From an uncultured bacterium (lineage in GTDB: Bacteria > Zhuqueibacterota > QNDG01 > DTFT01): a stretch of DNA of 64,000 nt. This document shows, in pieces, positions 1 to 10,372 of the stretch. Both the position numbers and the translations under genes were made by a program. Numbering within the stretch: the stretch's first letter is position 1; every line of letters starts with the position of its first letter. The notes below the pieces were generated by a model that had not been told where the DNA came from, searched no databases, and worked only from the letters and a program-made list of their open reading frames with translations. Where the stretch lies: the NCBI GenBank assembly GCA_963736115.1, contig CAVTNR010000001.1:65479-129478 (forward strand), read 5' to 3'.

Positions 1-1077
1 CAGACCAGCCGGGAAGGCATCGTGCTCCTGAAGAACACCGGTGTTCTGCCCATCCGGCCCGCATCCGCGAACCGCATTCTGGTGACCGGTAAATTCGTGA
101 CCGACATCGCGGCGGGCGGCGGCGCCGCGGAGGTGAAGGGCTATGACCCGGTGACGCTTCTGGACGCGCTCAAAAAGGAATACGGCGAACGTATCGTTTA
201 CGATCCCTATCCCTCAGAAGCCGCGCTTCGGGAGGCGGACGCGGTTCTGGTCAATACCGGCACATCGGACTGCGAGGGCTGGGACAGGCCCTTCGACCTG
301 CCCGCGCACGAGAACGCCTTCATCCAAAGATGCCTGGCCGCGAACTCGCGGTCCGTGGTCATCGTGCATTCAGGTAGCGGGGTCAACATGAGCCCCTGGA
401 ACGGACAGGCCGATGCGGTGGTCTATTCCTGGTACAAGGGACAGATCGGGAATGTCGCTTTGGCGGAAATCCTTTCGGGCCGAACCAATCCCTCAGGCCG
501 CCTGCCCATCAGTATTGAAAAGCGTTTCGAGGATTCGCCGGGATACGGTTATATGCCGGAAGGCGATACGCTTTACACGGGTTGGGCCGGAAAAAGGGAA
601 TATGAGCATCCGGTTTACGACATCGAATATAAAGAGGGCGTGTTTATCGGCTACCGCTGGTACGAGCACAAACGGATCGAGCCGCTGTATGCCTTTGGTC
701 ACGGGCTGTCCTATACCACATTCGAATTTTCGGATCTGAAAATCGCCGAACCGTCCGTGAAACCGGGGGAGACGGTTCATGTTTCGCTCCGGGTCCGCAA
801 CACAGGACTCACGGAAGGCGCGGAAACGGTTCAGCTCTATGTCCGCGACGAGGCCTGCTCCGTCCCCCGTCCTGAAAAAGAATTGAAGGAATTCTCGAAG
901 ATTTTTCTGAAGCCGGGAGAGGAACGAACCGTGTCCTTCGAACTGGGGAAGGACGCATTCGCGTTCTGGGATACAGACCGCGGGGACTGGACCGTGGAGC
1001 CGGGCGTTTTCCGCGTCCTGATCGGAAAATCGTCCGCGGATATCGTGCTGGAGGGGGGAGTGGAAGTGGTTCGGTAG
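1..1077 (+). CDS. GH3 beta-glucosidase/xylosidase, C-terminal part (5' truncated by window edge)
   Basis: The frame is open from base 1 (QTSREGIVLLKN). It carries GH3 C-domain motifs NPSGRLP, YKEGVFIGYRWY and PLYAFGHGLSYT, and an Fn3-like tail (ETVQLYV, RPEKELKEF). Confidence 0.93.
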   Translation, partial: QTSREGIVLLKNTGVLPIRPASANRILVTGKFVTDIAAGGGAAEVKGYDPVTLLDALKKEYGERIVYDPYPSEAALREADAVLVNTGTSDCEGWDRPFDLPAHENAFIQRCLAANSRSVVIVHSGSGVNMSPWNGQADAVVYSWYKGQIGNVALAEILSGRTNPSGRLPISIEKRFEDSPGYGYMPEGDTLYTGWAGKREYEHPVYDIEYKEGVFIGYRWYEHKRIEPLYAFGHGLSYTTFEFSDLKIAEPSVKPGETVHVSLRVRNTGLTEGAETVQLYVRDEACSVPRPEKELKEFSKIFLKPGEERTVSFELGKDAFAFWDTDRGDWTVEPGVFRVLIGKSSADIVLEGGVEVVR

Positions 1078-1414
1078 GCTGTCCGTGCGATTAACGGATT
1101 GAGTGGTTATTTTTTTTCAAATCAGGACTTGCGTCTCTGCAGCAAGTCCTTTTCTGTATATGAGCTTGATGGATGGGGCCGGTGCGGCATGGGTTTTTTT
1201 AATAAAAACGGTCTTGACATTCTCGTTTTTTTATCTAATTTGACATTATATTACCACTTTAAGTTTAGAATCTCCGTCTTTAAAATTTCAGAAACGGTCT
1301 TCATCCGATTGCCCCGGTCATACCCGCAATCGGCATCGGAACGGAGTCGCATCCTTCCAACGGTCCCAAAGGTCGCGTCGTTCGTCCGGATGAACACACG
1401 AAAAGGAACCTGAC

Positions 1415-4003
1415 ATGCCCCAGAAAAACAGGATCATTCTTGTCACCGGTGACGTCGTTCTCGACCACCATGTCTATGTCGGGGAAAGAACAGGTCCGGA
1501 CTCGTCCAGACGGGTCGGAACGATCGATCGGACCTCGGAGGGCGGGGCGGGACTGGTCTTCCGCATTCTCGAGACCCTTTCCACGCGGGATCATTCGACA
1601 CCTGGAGCCGAGGGAGGATACACGGTCGAATTCGGCCTTGATTCCGGAATTTTCGGCAAACTGGATTCCTGCCTGAACGCTTACGCGAACTGGAGGCCGT
1701 TTCCTCTGGATAAGCAACAGATCTGGCGGATGGACAGGGAACTGGGATACGGGAGCCCCTGCTCGAGGGTTTTTCCGTACGCCGAGCACTGCAATCCCAA
1801 ACTTTCCCCGGATCCGGAACTCCTGCTGATCGATGACGGCGGACTGGGCTTCCGGCATGGCATACAGAAGGCCGCATGGCCGTTCTGCCTGACCCATGAA
1901 AATGCCGGACTCCCGCGCTGGATCGTTCTGAAAATGTCCAGCCCGCTGGCGCAGGGCGACCTGTGGAGGCTTCTGTCCGGCCGTTTCCGGGACCGGCTGA
2001 TCGTGGTCGTGTCCATCGGCGACATCCGCAAGGAGGAGGTCCAGGTCAGCAGGGGCATTTCCTGGGAGCGCACGGCGATCGATCTCACCGAGGAACTGTG
2101 CGCGAATCCAGCGGTCAAGGGGCTCCTGAACTGCAGGCACCTGATCGTGTCGTTCGGGGACGAGGGGGCCCTGCACGTCGAAATCACCGGACAGGAGAAA
2201 CGGTTCAGGCTCTTTTTCGACATCTCCCAGATGGAACAGGAATCCGGCGAAAAGATCAAAGGCCGGGGGCTTGGATTCACCGCCTGCCTGACCTCGGGGA
2301 TGGCGGACAAACTGGCGCGTGGCGGATCGGAGGACCCGATCGCGGAAGGGATCCGGGCGGGGCTTTCGGCCATGCGCATGATGCACCTGCAGGGGCACGG
2401 TCCCGTGACCGACGGGACCCCCGGCTTTCCTTTCGATGCAGTGGCCCGGGACATCCTCGATCCGAAGAGCCGGTTTTCGGAGATTGATCTTCCCGATCCG
2501 GAGCGGTCCGATGCGGGCGTGAAAAAATCGTGGACGATCATGACCGCTTTTCTGGGCGGCGTGAAGAAAAATCCGCGTCCGCTGTACGGCGCGGGCCGCC
2601 GGGTCGCGATTCTGGGACCGGATGCTCTGAACCATGTTCCCTTCTCCCGTTTCGGCAGGGTGTTCACCGTGGATCGGAACGAGATCGAAAGCCTCCGTAC
2701 CATTCAGACCCTGATCCGGGATTACCTGGATCGGGATCCGGGAAAGAAGCCGTTGAATCTGGCCGTGTTCGGCCCTCCCGGCGCCGGGAAAAGTTTCGGC
2801 ATCGGCGAAATCGCGCGGGGCATTCTCGGGAAAGACGTACCCATACTCGAATTCAACCTGTCCCAGTTCGGAGACCCCGCCGCGCTGATGGGCGCGTTTC
2901 ACCAGGTGCGGGACAAGGTCCTCGAAGGGGTCATGCCCATCGTATTCTGGGACGAATTCGATTCGCGCGAGTACTTCTGGCTCCAGTACCTGCTCGCCCC
3001 CATGCAGGACGGGAAGTTCCTGGAGGGCCAGATTTCGCATCCGCTGGGGAAGTGCGTTTTCGTTTTCGCGGGCGGCACGAGTTATACCATGGAGAATTTC
3101 GGCCCGGTTCCGGGCGATGCCCGCAAATGGGAGGAGTTCAAGATCAAAAAGGGCCCTGATTTCGTCAGCCGGCTCGCGGGGTATCTCAACGTGCTGGGCC
3201 CCAACCGGCGGCTCGTCATGAATCCGTCGACAGGGACATGGGAGGATGACCCCGGCGATGTCTGTTTCCCCGTTCGAAGGGCGCTTCTGATGCGCTCCAT
3301 GCTCGGGTTGAAGGACGGGGACCGGCTGGATATCGATCAGGGCGTTTTGTCCGCTCTGATCGAGACGGACCGGTACAGGCACGGATCGCGGTCGCTGGAG
3401 AAGATCGTCCTGTCGCTGAAACGGACGGAATCCGCCATCCGTAGATCGGACCTGCCCACGGACGATATCCTGTCTCTCCATACGGACACGAACCGTTTTA
3501 TATCCATCATCAACCGGGACATGGCATTTCGATCGAATGCCGAGGTTCTGGCTCCGTTCGTGCACGAATTTTACAGGAAACTCGGAAAAGCGGAGGGGTG
3601 GATCCGGAAGGAAATGGACGTGGATTATCAGGACCTGCCGGATGAATACAAGGACGACAATCGCGCGGCGGCGGGCCGGGTATCCGCCGTCATTTCGCTC
3701 GTCGGGCTGTACATCGTGCCGGAGTCGCACCCGGTTTCCGATCCGCCCGGCGAGATAAAGGAAATCATCGGACGGAACATCGAAATTCTCGCTGAGGCCG
3801 AGCACAACGGATGGATGAAATACAAGCTGCAGAACGGATGGACGACCGGGGAGAAAAGGGACGAATCACGCAAGGTGCACGATTGCCTGAAACCCTATGG
3901 CGTATTGTCCGAGAAAGAGAAGGACAAGGACAGAAATTCGGCCAGAAACTTCGCCGCCATCATTAAGGAGGCGAAGTTCAAGCTGGTGACGAGTCTGGGG
4001 TGA
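1415..4003 (+). CDS. PfkB/RfaE-like N-domain + AAA ATPase + C-terminal RyR-repeat protein
   Basis: N-terminal ILVTGDVVLDHHVY...GGAG resembles RfaE/ribokinase. Walker A GPPGAGKS, Walker B IVFWDEFD. RyR motif AEAEHNGWMKYKLQNGW..G..RD..KVHDCLKPYGVLSEKEKDKDR. AAGGAA RBS upstream. Confidence 0.85.
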   Translation: MPQKNRIILVTGDVVLDHHVYVGERTGPDSSRRVGTIDRTSEGGAGLVFRILETLSTRDHSTPGAEGGYTVEFGLDSGIFGKLDSCLNAYANWRPFPLDKQQIWRMDRELGYGSPCSRVFPYAEHCNPKLSPDPELLLIDDGGLGFRHGIQKAAWPFCLTHENAGLPRWIVLKMSSPLAQGDLWRLLSGRFRDRLIVVVSIGDIRKEEVQVSRGISWERTAIDLTEELCANPAVKGLLNCRHLIVSFGDEGALHVEITGQEKRFRLFFDISQMEQESGEKIKGRGLGFTACLTSGMADKLARGGSEDPIAEGIRAGLSAMRMMHLQGHGPVTDGTPGFPFDAVARDILDPKSRFSEIDLPDPERSDAGVKKSWTIMTAFLGGVKKNPRPLYGAGRRVAILGPDALNHVPFSRFGRVFTVDRNEIESLRTIQTLIRDYLDRDPGKKPLNLAVFGPPGAGKSFGIGEIARGILGKDVPILEFNLSQFGDPAALMGAFHQVRDKVLEGVMPIVFWDEFDSREYFWLQYLLAPMQDGKFLEGQISHPLGKCVFVFAGGTSYTMENFGPVPGDARKWEEFKIKKGPDFVSRLAGYLNVLGPNRRLVMNPSTGTWEDDPGDVCFPVRRALLMRSMLGLKDGDRLDIDQGVLSALIETDRYRHGSRSLEKIVLSLKRTESAIRRSDLPTDDILSLHTDTNRFISIINRDMAFRSNAEVLAPFVHEFYRKLGKAEGWIRKEMDVDYQDLPDEYKDDNRAAAGRVSAVISLVGLYIVPESHPVSDPPGEIKEIIGRNIEILAEAEHNGWMKYKLQNGWTTGEKRDESRKVHDCLKPYGVLSEKEKDKDRNSARNFAAIIKEAKFKLVTSLG

Positions 4004-4081
4004 TCGACCGGAGTACGATGAAATGAGTGGTGACTCCGGATGATTCGATCGGGGTCGGGAGTTTGGGGTCCGGCGGCTTCT

Positions 4082-5722
4082 TTACCGATAGAGGCTTAAC
4101 AGGTTGTCCCGCACACAAGAAAGCGCCGCATCGCCGCCAATGCCCGTCTTTTGATCGAATTTCACTTCGTATGATTTTCCGGTATTCAGATGAACGGCTA
4201 TGATGGTTAGAATGCCGTCGATGTCGAGCTTGAAGATCACATCGAACTTGTGAAATCCTTCCGGTTTGGGCTCGACATTCTCGATGGTCAGCTCGCCGAT
4301 GGGCGTGTTCTCGAAAACAAACTGGCCTTCTCCTTGGTAAATCGACACCTTGATTCTCGTGACATTTTCAGGATTGGTGATATTGGAGATCTTCACTTCG
4401 ATCGGAATGTAGCTGCCCTGCGCGATTATCCGTACGCATTGGCCGCCCGCGACTCCGATTCCGATCGAATGCTCCGTGATCAGGTGGATCTGCCTGTCGT
4501 CCAAGGACTGATCGTTGAATGTCAACGATTCCCTCCGGCGCTTGATGTCGAATCCGCCTTCGGTGGAGTCGAACCGCCTGGCCAGTATCGCCGCGCCCCG
4601 AGCCGCTGCAGTAGCCGGATTGATTTCACCGCGGATGAAACCATCGTCCTTCTTGAAATAATCCCGCAGCATCTCCCTGATCTTAGGGATTTTACTGGAT
4701 CCCCCGACCAGGAGGACCGCGTCCACCTGGTCTCTTTCGATGCCTTTCTGTTCCCTGGCGTTGTTGATGGCCATATCGACATAGTTAAGGGATTTGCGAA
4801 GGAGTCCGTCGATCAGAGAAAGCATTACGCCCCGTGACAGTACCAGCCGGACGCCGGGTTTAATTGATTCAAATACAAGAGTTGTGTACTCATTGAAGGA
4901 CAGGGAGATTTTAGCATATTCGGCGATCGATTTGAGATTCGCCTTCGCCTGCCAGTCCGAGCCGACATCGATTCCCTGCTTGCCCAGCTCCTCGACCGCC
5001 CATTCCCCGATGGCATCATCGAAATCCACGCCGCCGAGACGCGGGTCACCGGATGTCGCGATGACGCTGAGATTGCCCGTTTCCATCCGGACGATGGACA
5101 CGTCAAACGTCCCGCCCCCGAGATCGTACACCAGATAGGTTTTTTTCTCAGCTTCCTCCCGGTCCACTCCGTAGCAGATGGCCGCGGCTGTCGGGTCCGG
5201 GATGAGCTGCCTCGGATACAGCCCGGCGAGCAGGGCGGCTTCTTCCGTCGCCTTCTTTTGAGGCTCCATGAAGTAGGCCGGCACGGTCACCACCGCGTCG
5301 TGGATTTCCTCCCCGATTTCCCGTTCGGCGACTTCCTTCATCTTCATCAGGATGAAGGCGCTGATTTCCTGGGGCAGCATCCATTGGCCAGCGAAAAAAA
5401 CCTTCACGGGATCCCCGGGCTTGAACACATTTTGGGCATTGAACCGTTCTAGGGATCTATTATTGGGCATGAATAGCTTACCCATATCCCGCTTGATTTC
5501 GATTATGGTGTCCTCTGGACGGACGGGGAAATTGCGCTTGGCGGCAGCGCCCACAATGACCTTGCGAAGCATCGGGTCCGTGCTGACGACCGAAGGGGTC
5601 GTTTCGAAATTGGTGTCCGATTCCGGATTCCGGAGAATTTCAGCCTGTTCAATATGGGTATTATAGGAGGCTACGGCCGAATACGTCGTACCGAGATCGA
5701 TACCGATTACTTTGTGATACAT
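4082..5722 (-). CDS. Hsp70 family protein, short paralogue (546 aa)
   Basis: Hsp70 signatures [22 protein letters not shown] and [13 protein letters not shown] at 5722 follows a GGAGGG RBS. Lacks the C-terminal lid/tail. Confidence 0.92.
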   Translation of the reverse strand: MYHKVIGIDLGTTYSAVASYNTHIEQAEILRNPESDTNFETTPSVVSTDPMLRKVIVGAAAKRNFPVRPEDTIIEIKRDMGKLFMPNNRSLERFNAQNVFKPGDPVKVFFAGQWMLPQEISAFILMKMKEVAEREIGEEIHDAVVTVPAYFMEPQKKATEEAALLAGLYPRQLIPDPTAAAICYGVDREEAEKKTYLVYDLGGGTFDVSIVRMETGNLSVIATSGDPRLGGVDFDDAIGEWAVEELGKQGIDVGSDWQAKANLKSIAEYAKISLSFNEYTTLVFESIKPGVRLVLSRGVMLSLIDGLLRKSLNYVDMAINNAREQKGIERDQVDAVLLVGGSSKIPKIREMLRDYFKKDDGFIRGEINPATAAARGAAILARRFDSTEGGFDIKRRRESLTFNDQSLDDRQIHLITEHSIGIGVAGGQCVRIIAQGSYIPIEVKISNITNPENVTRIKVSIYQGEGQFVFENTPIGELTIENVEPKPEGFHKFDVIFKLDIDGILTIIAVHLNTGKSYEVKFDQKTGIGGDAALSCVRDNLLSLYR

Positions 5723-6051
5723 TTTAATCCCTCCCAATAGATGGGAACATGCAGAAATTTATCGGTACAGGATTCTATCACTAGGGGATCAGATGGCGAT
5801 TCATAAAATCGGAGCAAGGAAATGCCATAGACGGCAGGCTATACCGAAAATACAAGAAGGTGGCTTTCGCGGAAATATAAGGATGTCTTTCACGCTGACG
5901 ATCGTGTCTGTGGCCTTGTTGTTCTAGTATTTTAATCGATTTAGAATAGCAGAAGAGATGCGTATCAAAATCGTATTGAACCGAATGTTCGTTGAAAGTG
6001 GAAATCTTTCTTCCATGTATGCCAGATATTCTGAATGAATGTTTGCGGTAC

Positions 6052-9000
6052 TCACATGGTTTTGAGCACGTCCTTGATGTTGTTCAGCAATTTTACCGCC
6101 TCTGTTTTCATTTCGTTGTCCGGCGATTCGTGAATGACCCTCTCGAAATATGATGCCGCCTTTCGCAATTCAGACTCTCCCCGATCGCCGGTTCCGGCAT
6201 GGTATTTCTCGGCTGCAGACTGGAATAAACAGAACGCGTAATAATAAACCGCGTGCAGATTGTCCTTGTCCAGGTCCTGTATCTCCTCGAAGCAGGGGAG
6301 AAGATCCCTGCATTTATCAGGAGTGTCCAGCCTGTCCACGGGGGCCAGAGCCGCGGCGACCATGAGCTGACGCTTGTTCTCTATAATTTTTGAGAGAATT
6401 TCGGGCTCAGGCCTGGTTTCTTCATCGCCCGACGATTCCAGGGAACGCAACGCTCCATCTATGTCTTCGTCGATAAGCGCGATCAGCGAATGCGCTTCTT
6501 CAGGATTGCCTTTGATCCATTGATTGTAAACACCCAGTAATTGCTGCGCGGTCCTGAGGATGTCCGGACTGCTCTCCAACTCCTTCACGAGAAGATCCCG
6601 GGCAGTCCGATATTCCTTCTTCTTTATCGCATCGGCGACAAGCGCGGATCCCTTTCTGTCGGATAGCATCTCCCGGCACTGTTTGACGCCTTCGACGCTG
6701 ATACCATGCTTCAAGCATCTTTCCAGGTGGGGGATCGCCTCCGCGGGTTGTTCGAGCTGGGAAAAAAGGAATGCGACAAGACGCGCCGGTCCGGTTAACT
6801 CAGGGAAATCTTTGCACCAGGGTTCGAGATCTGAAATAATCTCCCGGATTTTTTCCTCAGTCATCGGAGTTTCTTTCTGATACAACGCGTTCACTGAGTC
6901 AGGATAGAATGGCCTGGGGTCATCCAACAGTGTTGCCAATTGCCTATTGTTTTCATCTGGACTTTTTGCCCACTCGTTGGATATTTTCCGCCAGAACTCT
7001 TTATGGCGCGGCAACGAGGCTCTGATCTGTTTAAATCGGGCACTGTCCGATTTAGAAAAATGGTCGCACAGATGGATGAACATATCTGAGGGATGAACGT
7101 GTCCAGAGTCTTGATAATGACGGGCGAGGTTTTCAGTTCATTTGCGATACCGTTTGCTGCGGCTTCGACGAGCTCCTTCTGAAATTGCGTCGGGATATCG
7201 TTCAGCCGGTCGAGAATAAGGAGAGAGTCAATCGATTTTATTTCTATACCCCAGTCAACTTCCCCCTGTTTGCTGAATTCTTTGTCATATCTCCAAAGTT
7301 GGGAGAAACCGAAAAAAAACAAGAATTTAAGCCTGTACACGTCCTCAATCCATTCGATGAGATGGCTCTCATCGGCGTGGTAGTTCGGATTGTTCGCCAG
7401 AGTCAGCCCTTCCGTCGTTTCACAGAAAGAAAGGGCAGACTGAAGGCGCGAAACGCATGTGCTGCGGAATCCCCTTCCGATCCGTTCCGGCAATTCCTGG
7501 CACACGCGGTCGATGAATTGGTCCAACATATCTTTGTATCCGGTTTTTACCTGCTGGGCATGCTCCCCGCCATTTTTCTTTCTGTCTGTTTCGCCAGTCG
7601 GATCCTTTTGAAGGGACCGGTCACGGCCCAGTAGGAGAACTGGAGTCCGCATTTCGAACCAGCGGTTCAGGAATTCGGCCTGCTTGTGTGCCACAAATTC
7701 CCGAAGCAGGCCCGGACTGTTGAGGAGATCGATCAGTTTCCGGACGCGGCCCTTGTGGTCTGGTGTCTGGTCCTTAGAATCCCATAAAAATCCGTTCGCG
7801 AATGCCCATGCAAAATTTTTATGGAAATCAGACCGGGCCAAGGCTGAAACACGGGGGTTGTCCGTCGCGATCGCGTGGAAATAGAGGACTTCACAATACG
7901 ATTTCCAGGATAGCAATGTCTGACCGTGATCGGTCGAAGTCAGTGTGTCGCATACGGCGATATTTTTCAGCGCAGGCAGGTACAGACGGTCGATGTGCAG
8001 GCATTTTTGCCAAAGCAAACGGGCCCGGCGGCTTTTTCCGAGGCGATGAAGGGTGGTGGCTGCCTGCATCAAAACAGACATCTCGAGTAATTTCAGCTCA
8101 GGAAGGCCGCGTTGTTCCCCCGTATAGGCGTCAAACGTGGACAGACTGTGATCGATGATACTGTCGACTTCATCGTCGACCGCCTGAAGCGTTTGCCCCA
8201 GGCCTTCGGGCCCCGAAAAAGAGTTCGGTTCGATTTTCCGTCTCGGGGAGTCGGTTCCACCAACTGCAGGCTGCGCAACTTGGTTTTGAGCGGGAAGGGC
8301 CAATTTGACCAGGTGTCGGCCGAAGCGACCCTGAGCGGTCAGATGTTCCTTGAACCGGGATTCGAGTTCAGTCGCTTTCTTTTCAAGCGTCTTGTCCAGG
8401 GCTGTCATCCGCCGGGCCTCGGTGATGCGCAGGATGGCCGCTTCGTTTTGTTTCGGAAGGGAATTGATGAATAGCCTGATTTCCAGCGCGAGCGTCGCCT
8501 GTTCGGGTGTAAGCGTTCCGGTCTGACGGTCCTCGGTCGTCATCTGTTTCAAACGGGTCCAGTACGAGGCGATCTTTTCCGATGTCCCGGTCGATTCAAT
8601 CCAAAGCGCATCCAGGACGTCGGCCGGAGACTCGAGTGATCCGGGCGTTCCTTCTCGAGGAAGGAGCCGTGATCGCCGTAGACTCGATCTTGCCGGACCA
8701 TTCCACGAATTTCGGTGAAGCCGAATCCGCCGGTTTGTCGGGCTTGATCGGCATGGAAGCCAGCTTGGCGCCGATCCGGGCATGGATCTTTCTCAGGTTG
8801 GACGGCGGATTCAGCTCATTGAAGGCTTTTTTACATTCCTCCATTTTCAACGTGAACGCGTTGCGTCTCGTTTCCGGGGAAGCGGAAGGCCGAAGAACGG
8901 CGTCCAGTTCATCGGATGGAATCCCGAGTATCTGTTTCTGGAGCCGTTCGATGCCCGAGAGACCGTTTGACGCCGATTCCTGAAGCCGGTTCAGGGCTGC

Positions 9001-10371
9001 GGTGAAGATCACGTGGTCCTTCACCACCAGCGCGGCGGCTTCTTTGGCCGCAGCGGATTGCATCCTGGGCTCGAGATCGCCCTTTAACAGGTCGAATCCC
9101 TCCTGCGCCAGGTTCTTCAGATTCTGATGGGACGATTCCAGCTGATTGATGATGTCGCGGGCCGCTTCCGGCGTGATGCGCTGGATCTCGGACGATGGTG
9201 CGGCCTCGACAATGGCCGGTGGGGGAGGGGCGTTCAGTTTGTTCGCAGCGCTGATCAGTTTCCGGATCAACGCATTCGATTTTTCGGCGGTCTCCGGTTC
9301 GGATTCCGGATGGCGGGATGGATCGAGCAGTTGTTTGGCGGACCGGTATGCGCTGCTGGCGGGGAACTCGATTTTCCGCCAGAGCAGGCGTTTATCATGG
9401 ATCAGTGCGATGATGAGAGGCGGCAGCCTGCCGCCGGATAACGAATCGGCCAGAGAACGGGGCAGATCCTCGGCCGGCATCTCAAAAAGCGAACAGATAT
9501 GGTCCAGAAGGACCATGGCTTCAGGGCATTCCTTCACCTCGATTTTTTCCTTCAATTTCCGGATGGAAGAGACAGGGTAACCGATGATCAGCCATTGAAC
9601 CGCGCTGATGACGAATGCCGGTATCCCGGATTTCCGTTTCCTGCTCCGTTCCAGAATATCCCCCAGCAGCGGGGTTAGGGTCTCCATCCGCTTGCGGCTG
9701 GCTTCTTGCTCCAGATGCCGCTCGGCTTCAAGGTCAATAACGCCCGACCACCGGCATTCGTCCTCGCCGCTGAACCGGTTCATGGGCCCCGCGTCTGGTT
9801 CGGACGTTTCCTTTTTGGAAGGATCTCCCTTCATGCCGGAAGGCATCGGCGCCGGCTGATCCGATTTCCTTGCTTCGGCTTCAACTGAGGCCAGGCTTTT
9901 TGGGGGTGTGAAATTGAGCAGATCCTTTTCGAATGTATTCTCTTTTCCACGGATCTTCGAGATGATCCGATCGGCTTTTTTTCTCAAACCGTCCGGTTCG
10001 TACTCAGTTCGGCCTTTGTACCCATCGTTCAATTCATGATGCAGAATGGCGATGTGCGCCCAAAGCCGGTGGCTGGTGGGGCACAGCTTGACGGCATCCT
10101 TGAGCCATCGGCAGGCCGTTTCCAAGCTTCCGAGCGATATATAGAGACGAGCCAGATGATAGGAGTAACGGGGGTTCGTGTCGTCGATCCTGCGAGCTTC
10201 CAGAAGAAGGCGGATCGCGTCTGGAACGGGCGTTCGGGGGTGAAGCGCAAGGCGGAACAGGGATTCCGCCAGAGCCTCGGCGGATTCAAAGGAATGGCTG
10301 CGCTTCCGCTCTTCCCTGAACTTCTCGATAGCCCGATTGAGCCGCTCGGTGTCATAAACCAGTTTTTTCAT
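6052..10371 (-). CDS. Large TPR/helical-repeat protein (~1440 aa), interrupted by two compensating frameshifts (~8655 and ~7085)
   Basis: ORFs 8596-10371, 6891-8783 and 6052-7083 overlap and read as one protein; the first and last share a frame. TPR-like segments include YSYHLARLYISLGSLETACRWLKDAVKLCP and AVYYYAFCLFQ. Confidence 0.72.
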
Positions 10372-10372
10372 G

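Noticed and set aside
1214-1271. Two TTGACATT direct repeats 26 nt apart upstream of the PfkB-AAA-RyR gene
   Set aside because: Neither has a good -10 hexamer at 16-18 nt, so no promoter was called. They could be an operator, but this is unsupported.
1301-3805. 834-aa minus-strand ORF (similar cases: 14330-15529, 44564-46312, 46631-48724, 55709-57346)
   Set aside because: Antisense shadows of well-supported genes in GC-rich DNA, with no recognisable motifs.
5813-5827. Sigma54-like TGGCATTTCCTTGCT upstream of the short Hsp70
   Set aside because: The GG-to-GC spacing is 9 nt rather than the required 10. It would only be valid if a base were missing from the assembly.
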